A DNA stretch of 64,000 bases from NCBI GenBank assembly GCA_038065275.1, contig JBBTRH010000012.1:14374-78373 (forward strand), given 5' to 3'. Each line of letters begins with the position of its first letter. Position 1 is the first letter of the stretch. This DNA comes from Patescibacteria group bacterium. GTDB taxonomy: Bacteria; Patescibacteriota; Patescibacteriia; SBBC01; CAIJZX01. This document shows, in pieces, positions 49,023 to 59,471 of this stretch. Both the position numbers and the translations under genes were made by a program. Under the pieces are notes generated by a model, which searched no databases, was not told where the DNA came from, and worked only from the letters and a program-made list of their open reading frames with translations.

Positions 49023-49403
49023 TCATCCTGGCCTGAACCAGTCTGCCAGGTACGGCCAGAACACCAGCCCGCCGACGCCGATCGCCGCCAGGGCGGCGAT
49101 GACCACGGTCGCGGCCATGATGTCTTTAATGATATGGACGTAAGGGTGCACGCGCGGCTCAAGCAGGTCGGCGAAGCGCTCGACGATGGTGTTGACCAGT
49201 TCCAGAATGAGCATGGAAGCGATGACTAGGATGATCATCGCCGCATCCGAGCGGGAGATGCGAAGGACGACGGCCAAGCCCGCCACTGCCAGGGCGATGA
49301 CGGTGTGGATGCGAAAGTTATTCTCGGTGGTAAAAGCGTGCGCCAAACCATGCATGGCGTGGCGGGTGCTCCGGGCGAAGCGCGGAAAGCTGATGGTAGT
49401 CAT
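49023..49403 (-). CDS. dgkA: diacylglycerol/undecaprenol kinase family
   Basis: ENNFRIH, LELVNT.VE..AD, KDI.AA.V. Confidence 0.88.
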   Translation of the reverse strand: MTTISFPRFARSTRHAMHGLAHAFTTENNFRIHTVIALAVAGLAVVLRISRSDAAMIILVIASMLILELVNTIVERFADLLEPRVHPYVHIIKDIMAATVVIAALAAIGVGGLVFWPYLADWFRPG

Positions 49404-49837
49404 GTCAATCGTTGTTCGTAGCGTTCCCAGCGACGCTGGTCGGCGGCCGTGGCGTGGTCGAAACCGAGCAGATGAATCAGGCCGTGTTCCAAGAGCATTC
49501 GCAGTCGACCGCGGTACGGCGTTCCGCTGTGCTGAGCTTCCCGCCGGATGACGGCCGGACACAGGAGTACTTCACCAGCCAGCGGATCGGCCGATCGGGC
49601 CCGCGGGTCGTGAGCGTAATCAAAGGTCAGGACGTTGGTCGCCCGGCGGCGGCGGCGATACCGTCGATTCAGTCGCTGGCTGATGGACGGCGTGATAGCA
49701 TTGATGACGATCCGGCCCGGGAGCCGCAGGCGTCGCCGGGCGCGGAGCGTCCAGCGGCGCAAGGTATCTCGGCTGACTCCCGCCGGAGTCAACAGCATGA
49801 TGATCGTGGCGGAACGGCGACTAGCTAGTCGCGACAA
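49400..49837 (-). CDS. ybeY: rRNA maturation RNase YbeY
   Basis: LNRRYR...TNVLTF, HGLIHLLGFDH. Confidence 0.9.
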   Translation of the reverse strand: MSRLASRRSATIIMLLTPAGVSRDTLRRWTLRARRRLRLPGRIVINAITPSISQRLNRRYRRRRRATNVLTFDYAHDPRARSADPLAGEVLLCPAVIRREAQHSGTPYRGRLRMLLEHGLIHLLGFDHATAADQRRWERYEQRLT

Positions 49838-50969
49838 GCTTAAAGCTCTTCATCATCATCTCGAAAGTCGTCCAGTAGTTGAGCTGGCTGAGCCCGGTGG
49901 CGGTGTAAGTCAGGCCGTATATTTTGGTTCCCTTGAATAGGTAGACCGATGAACCGTCAGGACTAACCAGGCCTTCGAGGCCATTGACGGCGACGGATTT
50001 AGTCAGGCTGAGTTGATCCGTCGGGTAATTAGCCTGATACCACTGGGACGGCGTCTGGCTGGCGGCGTTGTCGTAGACGCGGACCTGGAAAAATTCACCG
50101 GTTTGCGTAGTCGGCGTGACTACTAACAGACCGCTTGATTCGTTGGTCGTCCAGCTGGTCGGGACTAATAGGCTGAAAGCTTTAGTCGCGTTTTCCACGC
50201 GCTTCACCAATCCCGATCCTTCCAGTTGACCGACGCCTCTGGGGTTGTATAGATTAGCCAGTTCACCGATGACCGTCCCGTCCGGACGGATTTGCTTCCC
50301 GTCGATGAACGTATCGCCGTCGCTGTCGGCGTTCGCGACATCGGTGCCATACACCGCTTCCTCGGTATTGGTCAATCCGTCGCTGTCGGCGTCGGCACTC
50401 GACGGCAACGGGCCGGTGGCGATCGCGGTGTTGGTGTTCGCGGCGGTGTTCGTATTGCTCGCCGCATTCGTATTGGCGGCATTAATGTTCTGGTTGGCGT
50501 TGGCGGCGCTGTTGACGTTAGCGGCGGTATTCACGTTTTCGTTCGCGTTTCCGGCGGAGCCGGACCCGGCTCCGCCGGGTGCATTGACATTGGCGTTGTC
50601 ATTAACCGCGCTATTCGTCACCGCGGTATTGTTATTGACCGGCGCGACATTCGTGTTGCCGGTATTGGCCGTGTTCCCGTTCGTCTTCACCACCCGGTTG
50701 AAGATAAATAGCCCGGCCACGCCCAGTCCCGCTACGACCACTACTACGACCAGAATGATGATCAGTTTCTTGGTCGTATGCGATCCCGGCGGACCGCCCG
50801 GCGTGGAACCGGCGCTCCGAAAACGCTCGGGCATGGTGTGCACCGGCGGCTGCGGCGCGACGAAGGGCGGTGGTACCGTCGGGCCTTGCGAACTCGACAT
50901 GCCCGGCGCCGGCATGACCGGATTTAACGGATTCATCGGCGGCGTTTGGGGGGTGGTGTTTTCAAACAT
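49821..50969 (-). CDS. surface protein with Asn/Ala linker and Ca-binding DxDxDG repeats
   Basis: TM, N-rich tract, DSDGLTN.EE..YGTD...DSDGD. Confidence 0.75.
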   Translation of the reverse strand: MFENTTPQTPPMNPLNPVMPAPGMSSSQGPTVPPPFVAPQPPVHTMPERFRSAGSTPGGPPGSHTTKKLIIILVVVVVVAGLGVAGLFIFNRVVKTNGNTANTGNTNVAPVNNNTAVTNSAVNDNANVNAPGGAGSGSAGNANENVNTAANVNSAANANQNINAANTNAASNTNTAANTNTAIATGPLPSSADADSDGLTNTEEAVYGTDVANADSDGDTFIDGKQIRPDGTVIGELANLYNPRGVGQLEGSGLVKRVENATKAFSLLVPTSWTTNESSGLLVVTPTTQTGEFFQVRVYDNAASQTPSQWYQANYPTDQLSLTKSVAVNGLEGLVSPDGSSVYLFKGTKIYGLTYTATGLSQLNYWTTFEMMMKSFKLVATS

Positions 50970-51010
50970 AGGCGGGTGGATTGGTTGATAATGACTGCGG
51001 GCGGAAAAAA

Positions 51011-51352
51011 TTATTTGGTGGAATTAGTATTTTTGAGTTGATCGATGGCCTGGCGCAAGTCTTGCTGAGTCGGCGGGCGATAGGCCGGCGGGAGCGTGGT
51101 CGGCGTGTTGGTGACGGTTGACCGTTGGAAAGTCGGGCGGTCGTAATTCGCGGCTGAAGCGGGAGCGTTCGTTGCTGGCGTTGCGCCCGGGGCGGGGCGG
51201 TTGGCCGGCGTCCGGCGCGGGATAATGGCCGTGATTACCGCGGTCGCGCCGAGCAGGGCGGCTAGTCCTACCAGTATAGCGAGTTTCCGGTTACGCGCCA
51301 ACCAGGGGGTCGGTTCGTCGGCGGGGAGCGCTGGCAGTTGATCGTCCGGCAT
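51011..51352 (-). CDS. small membrane-anchored protein
   Basis: One TM, Pro/Ala-rich tail. Confidence 0.55.
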   Translation of the reverse strand: MPDDQLPALPADEPTPWLARNRKLAILVGLAALLGATAVITAIIPRRTPANRPAPGATPATNAPASAANYDRPTFQRSTVTNTPTTLPPAYRPPTQQDLRQAIDQLKNTNSTK

Positions 51353-51355
51353 AGA

Positions 51356-54300
51356 CTAGGGACCGACGCGGAGCGTATAATTGAAACAGTCGCAACTATT
51401 GGGCGCGGTACAGATGTTGCTGGGCCGCGAGCTGGGAACGAAACTTCCCGGACCGGTGTATTCCATGGTGGTGTACAGGTCGACGCCGTTCCCCTGGGCG
51501 CGGTAGCCATAGAGATGAGAATCCGGCGGATTCGGGGGAATGGGGCAGGTAAACGTCTTGGTCGATTCCGCCCAGCAAGTCGCCGCTTCGTACGGCGCCT
51601 GGCACTCGGCGCTGAAGGTATTGGTCGGGTCGAGCGGCAGTGTTTTGCCCAGCTCGGCGCCGAGCGTCGCCTGCCAGGACGGCCACTTCGAAGTAGAGAA
51701 GCCGGGCAGGTACGAACCGCTAGCCAGGGCCGGGTAGGTACCGTTCTTTGTTTGGTAGACGTCTAACAGCAACTTCAACGAGGTCAGATCCTGACGGCGT
51801 TTGGTGTCGCGGATGACCTGGTCTTTAACGTCGGCGTTCGGGAAGTTAGTGTTGAAGGCGATGGCGGACAGCATCTGATCGGCGATGTTGACCGTCTCCG
51901 GACTGGCGTTATTCGAGTTGTAGTCAAAGACGAACATCAGTCCGCGCATCACCGCGCCGTCATAATCAGTTACGCCGACGTAGGTGGTGGTGCCCGATTT
52001 GACTGCCGGATATCCGGCTACAGTTGTTGACGAAGCGCCGGTATCGAGCGGGAAGCGCTTAGTAAACCAGTCGCTGGGCGATAAGAATTCGTCGTTCTTG
52101 AAGATCAGCAACCCGATTGTATCGCGGCTAGTCTGCGACTCCTTGAAGAAAAAACTTTTTAGGCGCGTCGGATCGGTGGTATTGACGCCCTCGATTGATC
52201 CGAGCGTGTCGGGCGCCGCTGAGGTTGCTGATCCGGTGTAGCTGAAATCCGGCAATGGCGTCGCGCCGTTATCGCGGCAGTAGAACATATCAAAATTGAA
52301 ATTCTGGCAACCATTAGCAGTCAGATCGCAATTAGTCGAAGCGTCGGTAAACTGCCATGGACTGACGCAGAACTTGACGCGGACCCGGCTCTGGCCGTAA
52401 TACTCGCGGCCGGCGGTGTTATTCAGCGTATCCTTTGTCACTTTCGCCTTGGCTTTAATCATGGTGGTGCCGTTGGCCCGAGCCGTGACGGCGGCCAGCG
52501 AAGGGTTGGCAACCGCCGGCGGCGTCATGGCGACCAACGCGATCGTGCTCGTCTCGGACGACCAGTCCCAGGCCCACTCGTATTTACCGGTCACCGGCAT
52601 AATCGGCGCCGCTGACCCGGCCGGATATGCTTCAGCTTTGAAATCGCTATGGACCTCGCCGAGAGCGGTAAAGATGTCATCGGTCGGCTCGACCGCCACC
52701 GTATTGATGGCGCAGATGTTCTGGCCGGTATTGAATGTCAGCGGCGTGCCGGTCACGTCGGCCAGGACGCCGTTCTGGCCGCGAATGCTGGTTGGGGCCG
52801 CCGGAATTTTCGTCAGCGTCAAGTCATCGCACCACACTTTCGCTTTCGGATTGGCGAAGCAGTTGACATGGAGAACGGCGGCCGGATTGGCCGACTTGGT
52901 CACGATGGCGTCGATCTTCTTCCAGCCGTTTGAATTGCCGGTGGACAGCCCCGGCGCATCGTTCGACAGGTCATATCCGCAATTATTGAAGTTCGGATTC
53001 ATGCATTGGGTAATCAGCCCGGATTGCACGCCGTCAGGTTGTTCGACTTTTATCCAGCCGGTGAGACGGTAGCGGCTGCCGACCGGTTCGGCCGGAGCGA
53101 TGTCTTGCGCGGCAAACGCCTGACCGGCGGTGCAGGTCGAACAGTCAACCAGCACGGACGAACCAGTATGTCCCGGGGGCAGATCGGTCGACTTCTTCGC
53201 CCGGGCCGCGTCCCAACCGACCGGCTGGGTATCCGACGACCAGGTTTCGAAATCAGGATCCTGCAAGCCGGAGACCGCTTGTTCGACGAAGGTGTCGAGA
53301 ATGAGCGACTGCGGCCGGTTGGCGGTGAGCAGTCCGGGCTGGTAGACGATCGTGCCCGATACCGCATCATTCCGCACCGCCATGGCGCCGTCCACCGGCG
53401 AGTAGCCGTTGAGGTAGTGCACGGTCGTCCGATTCACGGTTGACGGGTCGAGAGGCTGGTTGAATTCAACCTCGGCGGTGGTATTGCGGCAGACGTTGGT
53501 TGCTCCCGCCAGCGGAGCGGTGCTTTTCACCGTCGGCCGCGGACCACAGCACCCCAGCCCATTAGCGCCGGGATAGCCGCATCCCTGACCGGCTGGACAA
53601 GCCGCATCATTGCCGAACTGGCACGAAGTGGCACAGGCCGACGCGGCGGTCACGATGTACGGCAAGGAATTGCTTGATTGAATCCCCTTCACTACTCGCA
53701 CTTCATTCGGAGCGATGGCTGCCGCGTCTGGGACACGAATGGCGATTTTCTGATCAGTCCAGGCCGGCTGTGGGTCTGGGTAGAAGGAAACCGGCAGCGC
53801 CGTCAAGCTACCGATTTCGGTGAAGGTGACTTGATCGCCGACGGCCTTGGTCGTGAAAGTGTGACCGGTCACTGTCGCCGGATCATCCCGCTGACCGGTG
53901 GCGGGAAATATTTTGCATATCCCCGGTTCAACTGCGTTATTGTTAACCGTAAAACCAGCCGCGAAAGTAGCCGTCGCCTCGTCATTGCGGACAACTTTCA
54001 CCGGCACCTTGCCCGGACTTAGGCCGGCCGGCACTTCCCGCACGATTCGTTCGTTCCACCAGGAATTTCCGCATTGCGCTTGGTCGGGCACCAGGCCATT
54101 CAACGGTGGTTGAGCGTCGAAAACGACGTTGCTTTTGGCTGGATCATAGGCGCCGAACCAACACCCCTTGATGGTCGTCCAGTTGCCGACCGGGCCGTTG
54201 TCTTTGTCGAGCGCGTTAATAACCGGCGTGCAGTTCCCATTGACGCAAGCGGACGCGCCGCAGGACTCTCCCAGGGCATTCTTTGCGCACTGGCTGGAGA

Positions 54301-57300
54301 CGGTGCAAGCGGTTGGACTGTAGGTCAGTGTAAATTTCGGTGACATATATGATTGGGCCGAGACGGTCACGTCGGTGATGCCCTTAGACGCATCCGGAAC
54401 ACCCGTCTTAGCACCGCTGGCCGGTGGAGACAATGTTTTATCATCCGTGGTATCGCTGAGCGGCGGGTTGACGATGCCCACGTCACCGTTAGTCGAATTC
54501 CAGTTAAACTTGAGGCCGGTATGGGTCAACGTATGGCAAGCGTTATCCATCGGCCACGCTTTCAAGCTGATCGGCGAATAATTAGGGTCATTGACGGTCC
54601 TTAAACCGTTCGGGTTGAGGCCGACGTTATCGATTACACACAGCTCAGCCCCGGCCTTGGTGGTGAACTGCCAGGTATACGGCGCCGCCATCTGCCGGCC
54701 CGATCCTGGCGTAAAGCCGGGCGGCACGGCGGCCGCTCTGATGCCGGTGGTCAGACGGACCTGGTACATAGTATCGGGATCCAAATTAACCGGTACCGCC
54801 CGCGTGCCGGGGGTGATGGACAACAGCGCGCCGCTCGTTTCAACTACCGCGGCGATGGGACTGAGGTTGCAGGTCCCCGCCGGGCAGGCGAATAAACTGA
54901 CCGTCGAATTATAGACGACCGTCGTCGGATCGAGCGGGATATTGAAACGCACCGTCACCTGGGTGTTCAAACAAGCCGCCGTATCGTTCTTGTATGGATT
55001 CGGGCTGGGGTACGCGCCGGCCGCGATGTTACAAGTACTATCCTCCACCACGGCCGGAACGCCGGTCTCTCCGCCGGGGGTGGGGCTTGGCTTTTCGACG
55101 TCGAATGGCAGGGGGTTGCTCTCGTCACCGTCCTTATTGACCACGCGAACTTGAGTTCGATAAGGATTCCGGGCGGTAAGCGGAACTGTGATGCCGGCGA
55201 TCGTATCGGGGTTTCCTTGAGTCCAGGCGCCGCTTGACCATGGCGAATCGTTATCGGTGGCGATACTCGCTTGGCCCGTCTTGGTTCCGAAGTTATCCCC
55301 GCTGGCCGAGAATTGCGATCCCGGGATGCCATGGTTCGGATCGAGTGAGTAGAGGCACGGTCGAGTGCCGGCTAATCCGTCGTCGAGCCGGAACTGGCTG
55401 GCCACGCTGGGTGGCGTTCTTAACGGACCAATCGGGCTGGGATAACTAACCGTGACCTGATAGTTGTAAGTCTGGTTAGGGGCAAGCGCGCCCGGATCAC
55501 TGGCGTTTAGTTTATTGACGATTGAAGTATTCTGCCAATTTTTTATTTCGGCGTCGCTCTGCACTTTCGGGCCGAGTCTCAGTTCATCGCCAGTTTCCGG
55601 CCGCCCATCCGAGGGGTTCTCAGTCGGCTTTTCAAAATAATTACCCTGCACCGAAACGCAGGCTCCGTTCGCGTCTTGACCCGGGTCGACGCGGGAAATG
55701 TATGGCGCTTGGTAACACTGGTCGGCCGGCTTGACGGTAAAGTGCCACGGCGGCGTGCCGGGCGGCGGGGTGAAACCGGGGACGGCATCGCCGTAGACCA
55801 GCGTCTCCCCGCTTTGGTTCACCACCCGGTCAGATTTCAAGCCGATGGAGTACTGGTGGTCAACCGGCAGGCCGGCCGTGGTCGGATCGAAAGCCAGATG
55901 TTTACAGTATGGATTAGGATCGAGCGTAGCGCTGGCCGGCTGATCGGTAAAACCGAAGGTGCGAATGACGACCGGGTTGCCGGCGGTTTGGTCAAAAACT
56001 AACGCCTTGGTGTTGTAAGAATCCGCTTGACCGAGTTCGCAGGTCGCGCCTTTGGTGATATCCCACATCGATGTTTTGAACTGCGCGAAAACTTCGCTTG
56101 TCGGGCAGGCGGCCGGAAATTCATTGGCCGGATAGACGTAGTCCACGCCGGGGGTGACGTCGTTCGTCTCGAATACCCACTGGTACCTATCCGCCGCGGT
56201 GCCGCACAGATCACGAAAATTCTCCACGATCACCTGGTACCAAGTAAACGGCTCGAACCATTGGTTATTCTTTAATTGCAGCCAGGCGCCGGTGCCGTCG
56301 CCGTTGACGCGCAGGTCGAAATTATTCGGATCGAGTTGTGCCCCGCTGCATTCGCCGCCGCCGCAGGTCCCGCGGTCCGGATTGTCCGGGACGCCGGTGA
56401 TTTTATATACGCGGAAGTTAGCCGTGGTGGCGGAGACCGGATCAAGACCGCGGGAAAAGTTGATACCGAGGATGGCCGAGCGGGGCACGCTCCGATCGGG
56501 TTTTAACAGCGGTTTAGTCAGGTAGTCCGATGATGGAGCGGTGCTGCGCACCTGCAACGGCTGGCCGGAGTTGAGGTCGACGCCGGTGGTGAAAGTATAG
56601 AGAATTTTACCGGGCACCGAGGCATCGTCGCAGTGCGGGATGGCGCCGCCGATATCCGGCGATGAACGGCAGTACGACAGGACGCGGTCACGGACGTCGC
56701 GGATGGCCCGACTGTTCGATTCCTTGGGGACGCTGATGCGGTAGGTAGTGGTCGGTTCGAAGTAGCGGTTGTCGGCCGGCGTATCGCTGAAGGACAAGTG
56801 GTAGAAGGTCAGGGTGTTGTTGATGGCCAGCCACTCCGCTTTCGGTGCCGCCGCCGTGCCAGCCGTGGTCGCGCCGGGCGTGTACGCTTGGCTGTCAATC
56901 GGCCGCGGGTTCGGGCTGATGACGCTGGTACAGTCCGGATCAACGCACTTCTGGATTTGCAACTCGCCCGAGGTGACCGCCAAGTAGATCGGGTCGTTCG
57001 GCAAGTCGTCGACCTTGGTCTGGAGATCCGTGTTGAAAGCGAACGACACGGCGCTCAATCGCGGCACGTTTTTCCAGCTGTCCGGCGGCGGCGTACAGGT
57101 GTTGACGGCGGTGATGTCGAACGTTGAGGTTTGACCCGGAGGACAGTCGTCGATGTTAACGCAACCGCCGCCCGGCCCGCCGCCGCCGGAATCGGTCGTG
57201 ACGTTGGCAAACGTCTTAGCTACGAAGAACACGATCGCCCAGGCCAGGAGGATAATCACCAGGCCGATGGCCGCTTGGAGGATGATCTGTTTGGCCTTCT

Positions 57301-57586
57301 CGATACGCGCCTCATTGCCGCCCGAAGTCATCCAGACGATCCCGCCGTAAATCATGTACGACACCGCCGCCAAGGTCAGAATGCCGAGCGCCCAGCGGAT
57401 GATGTTCAGCACCACCTGCTTCAGGTCGGCGTTACCGAGACCGACCTGGCCGCCGATGGATTCAACGCTAAACGACGTCGGCGTAGCCGCCTGGGAGGTT
57501 GAACCAGATACCAACAACGATCCGCCTATAACTAGGATGGCGGCGAGGATGATGGTGCGTTGTTTCAGCATGGTCGAACGACGCAT
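51356..57586 (-). CDS. giant surface protein: pilin-like N-terminus, Ig/IPT repeats, pseudopilin-like C-terminus
   Basis: IYGG..WMTSGGN...KAK..I..A.IGL; repeated V.FN..LDP.TV; RD.KR..DL...Y....GTYP. Confidence 0.8.
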   Translation of the reverse strand: MRRSTMLKQRTIILAAILVIGGSLLVSGSTSQAATPTSFSVESIGGQVGLGNADLKQVVLNIIRWALGILTLAAVSYMIYGGIVWMTSGGNEARIEKAKQIILQAAIGLVIILLAWAIVFFVAKTFANVTTDSGGGGPGGGCVNIDDCPPGQTSTFDITAVNTCTPPPDSWKNVPRLSAVSFAFNTDLQTKVDDLPNDPIYLAVTSGELQIQKCVDPDCTSVISPNPRPIDSQAYTPGATTAGTAAAPKAEWLAINNTLTFYHLSFSDTPADNRYFEPTTTYRISVPKESNSRAIRDVRDRVLSYCRSSPDIGGAIPHCDDASVPGKILYTFTTGVDLNSGQPLQVRSTAPSSDYLTKPLLKPDRSVPRSAILGINFSRGLDPVSATTANFRVYKITGVPDNPDRGTCGGGECSGAQLDPNNFDLRVNGDGTGAWLQLKNNQWFEPFTWYQVIVENFRDLCGTAADRYQWVFETNDVTPGVDYVYPANEFPAACPTSEVFAQFKTSMWDITKGATCELGQADSYNTKALVFDQTAGNPVVIRTFGFTDQPASATLDPNPYCKHLAFDPTTAGLPVDHQYSIGLKSDRVVNQSGETLVYGDAVPGFTPPPGTPPWHFTVKPADQCYQAPYISRVDPGQDANGACVSVQGNYFEKPTENPSDGRPETGDELRLGPKVQSDAEIKNWQNTSIVNKLNASDPGALAPNQTYNYQVTVSYPSPIGPLRTPPSVASQFRLDDGLAGTRPCLYSLDPNHGIPGSQFSASGDNFGTKTGQASIATDNDSPWSSGAWTQGNPDTIAGITVPLTARNPYRTQVRVVNKDGDESNPLPFDVEKPSPTPGGETGVPAVVEDSTCNIAAGAYPSPNPYKNDTAACLNTQVTVRFNIPLDPTTVVYNSTVSLFACPAGTCNLSPIAAVVETSGALLSITPGTRAVPVNLDPDTMYQVRLTTGIRAAAVPPGFTPGSGRQMAAPYTWQFTTKAGAELCVIDNVGLNPNGLRTVNDPNYSPISLKAWPMDNACHTLTHTGLKFNWNSTNGDVGIVNPPLSDTTDDKTLSPPASGAKTGVPDASKGITDVTVSAQSYMSPKFTLTYSPTACTVSSQCAKNALGESCGASACVNGNCTPVINALDKDNGPVGNWTTIKGCWFGAYDPAKSNVVFDAQPPLNGLVPDQAQCGNSWWNERIVREVPAGLSPGKVPVKVVRNDEATATFAAGFTVNNNAVEPGICKIFPATGQRDDPATVTGHTFTTKAVGDQVTFTEIGSLTALPVSFYPDPQPAWTDQKIAIRVPDAAAIAPNEVRVVKGIQSSNSLPYIVTAASACATSCQFGNDAACPAGQGCGYPGANGLGCCGPRPTVKSTAPLAGATNVCRNTTAEVEFNQPLDPSTVNRTTVHYLNGYSPVDGAMAVRNDAVSGTIVYQPGLLTANRPQSLILDTFVEQAVSGLQDPDFETWSSDTQPVGWDAARAKKSTDLPPGHTGSSVLVDCSTCTAGQAFAAQDIAPAEPVGSRYRLTGWIKVEQPDGVQSGLITQCMNPNFNNCGYDLSNDAPGLSTGNSNGWKKIDAIVTKSANPAAVLHVNCFANPKAKVWCDDLTLTKIPAAPTSIRGQNGVLADVTGTPLTFNTGQNICAINTVAVEPTDDIFTALGEVHSDFKAEAYPAGSAAPIMPVTGKYEWAWDWSSETSTIALVAMTPPAVANPSLAAVTARANGTTMIKAKAKVTKDTLNNTAGREYYGQSRVRVKFCVSPWQFTDASTNCDLTANGCQNFNFDMFYCRDNGATPLPDFSYTGSATSAAPDTLGSIEGVNTTDPTRLKSFFFKESQTSRDTIGLLIFKNDEFLSPSDWFTKRFPLDTGASSTTVAGYPAVKSGTTTYVGVTDYDGAVMRGLMFVFDYNSNNASPETVNIADQMLSAIAFNTNFPNADVKDQVIRDTKRRQDLTSLKLLLDVYQTKNGTYPALASGSYLPGFSTSKWPSWQATLGAELGKTLPLDPTNTFSAECQAPYEAATCWAESTKTFTCPIPPNPPDSHLYGYRAQGNGVDLYTTMEYTGPGSFVPSSRPSNICTAPNSCDCFNYTLRVGP

Positions 57587-57625
57587 CGAGAAGCGGGTTG
57601 TAAGATTAAAGTTTAAAGCGCTTGA

Positions 57626-58069
57626 TTATTTAAGCAATTGTTTGACCGCGGCCGCGACGCGGTTGCCGTCGGCTTGGCCTTTGATCTTGGCCATCACGGC
57701 CGACATCACGCGGCCGAAATCTTTTGGCGTCGGTTTAAGTTCGGCCACGGCGGCGCCGACGGCCATTGCGATCTCCTCGTCGCTTATCTGCGTCGGCAAG
57801 TAAGAGCTGATGGCCGTCAGTTCGGCCTCTTCAGCCGCCGCCAGCTCGGGCCGATTCCCCTGCCGGTACATGGCGATTGATTCTTTGCGTTTTTTCGCTT
57901 CTTTCATCAGCACCGTCGTCGCCTCCGCGTCGGTCAATTCATGTTTGCGTAAATCAATTTCCGCGTTCTTAATCGCCGCCTTGACCAAGCGCAAGACGTC
58001 AACCCGCGCCTGGTCATGAGCTTTAAAAGCGGTCAGGTAGTCCTGTTCAATCTGCTGATGGATCAGCAT
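57626..58069 (-). CDS. GatB/YqeY domain protein
   Basis: LRLVKAAI, KKRKESI..Y..G.R..LA..E..E...YLP. Confidence 0.9.
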   Translation of the reverse strand: MLIHQQIEQDYLTAFKAHDQARVDVLRLVKAAIKNAEIDLRKHELTDAEATTVLMKEAKKRKESIAMYRQGNRPELAAAEEAELTAISSYLPTQISDEEIAMAVGAAVAELKPTPKDFGRVMSAVMAKIKGQADGNRVAAAVKQLLK

Positions 58070-58075
58070 GGTGTC

Positions 58076-58354
58076 TTAGAGTGTTGAGGGAATGCGCGGC
58101 AACGGTTTGCGGCGCGGTCCGCGCTTCTTCAGGTCGTACTCTTCGAGTTTGCCTTGGCGGCGCAGAAGTTCGCGTTGTTCGCGGATGGCCTGGCGGCGCA
58201 GGGCGTCTTCGCGGACGGCCCGTTTATTCTTCGGATTCTCGTAAAAACGCCGTTTTTTAGCGCGGATTAGGACGCCGCTTTGCTGGACACGCTTGGTGAA
58301 CCGCCGGACGAGGCTCTCCGACGATTCATTCTCCCGTTTCTTGACTTCAATCAT
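58076..58354 (-). CDS. rpsU: 30S ribosomal protein S21
   Basis: MIEVKKRENES.ESLVRRF.KRVQ.SG. Confidence 0.85.
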   Translation of the reverse strand: MIEVKKRENESSESLVRRFTKRVQQSGVLIRAKKRRFYENPKNKRAVREDALRRQAIREQRELLRRQGKLEEYDLKKRGPRRKPLPRIPSTL

Positions 58355-58536
58355 GGCGTCACACCTCCTTTCAGTAGTGTCGGTGCGGACGAGGAAAAGA
58401 CAGGAAACATACCCCGAGACTGTACCAACTTTTCGATGGTCTGTCAAACTTGGACGTCGGCGCGCCAGAAGCGAAGAATGTTATACCCCGCCCCTAAGCA
58501 AGCGGCCCAAGCGGCTGGCTGTGAAACATTGGGGGT

Positions 58537-58770
58537 CTAGTTCCTACTCCACAGCCAATGCTCATTCAGCGCCTCTTGCCCTATCTTGTGCGTATCGCCG
58601 TGTTTCACTAAACCTACGTATGACTGCACCGTTTTGTCTGTAGTATGTTCGCGAACCCACCGCATCACTCTCCGCCTCGTCGCCGTACGCGAGATACGGC
58701 GGGTTGGAAAATGAACCCGACCGGGAAAATCGACGCCGGAATAAGCTAAAAGTTCCTTGATATATTCTGG
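58537..58770 (-). pseudogene. reverse transcriptase C-terminal remnant (DGR-like)
   Basis: Startless frame SGVDFPGRVHFPTRRISRTATRRR...QSYVGLVKHGDT, not in the supplied ORF track. Confidence 0.65.
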
Positions 58771-58834
58771 TCACCTTGACATAGCCGCCTTCCTTCTATA
58801 CATTGATGTCCATTCGGTGGCTAGCAGGAACTTC

Positions 58835-59410
58835 ATGACCCAACGCGCCATCGACGGGGAGTATATCTATTTCGTGACCACTAACGTCCAGGATCGGCGG
58901 TGGTTTTTCGTTACACCAGAAAAGGCAACGCAACTAGGACAAACAATCCGGACGTGTTGCCGGATGAAGAAGTTTGAGCTCTTAGCCTACTGCATCTTAC
59001 CGAATCACATTCATCTGTTGGTCAGGAAGCTTCCGGCTGACGAAGGCTTGAGAGGCGCACCAGCGGCACAACGCACGCTGGGGAGCGTGCGTTGTGAAAC
59101 TGAAGATGACGCTTTTCTCTTCTCACATCGCCGGCTCCCCAGCCGGCGATCGCTGGAGAAGCGCCCGACGCTGTCCCACTTGATGCATTCGATCAAGAGT
59201 GCCTTCTCTCAACATCTTCACCATGGAAAGTTCTGGCAACACCGCTCCAACTTCCGGATTATCGAAACCGAGGAGTACTTGTCTAACGTAGTCGAGTACA
59301 TCCAGTACAATTATCAGAAAATGGATCTTCCTGAACACTACGGAGAAACGCCGTTTGTCTTTGTTGATCAAGCCGCGATTGATCGTGCTTTTGGATTCTC
59401 GTTGTCCTAA
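58835..59410 (+). CDS. REP-associated tyrosine transposase (HUH Y1, RAYT-like)
   Basis: YFVT, AYCILPNHIHLL, FWQ, YI.YN. Confidence 0.82.
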   Translation: MTQRAIDGEYIYFVTTNVQDRRWFFVTPEKATQLGQTIRTCCRMKKFELLAYCILPNHIHLLVRKLPADEGLRGAPAAQRTLGSVRCETEDDAFLFSHRRLPSRRSLEKRPTLSHLMHSIKSAFSQHLHHGKFWQHRSNFRIIETEEYLSNVVEYIQYNYQKMDLPEHYGETPFVFVDQAAIDRAFGFSLS

Positions 59411-59471
59411 AGTTCAACCGTCTCGAGTCGTAGCCAGGGACCGTATCGTTTACTATCCAAAACCCTCCCAA

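Noticed and set aside
50420-50690. AAC-rich tract as a DGR template repeat
   Set aside because: It is an in-frame Asn/Ala/Thr linker with no matching variable repeat seen.
58562-58774. 70-aa ORF from the supplied track
   Set aside because: An overlapping frame carries the RT-like motifs, so this frame is likely spurious.
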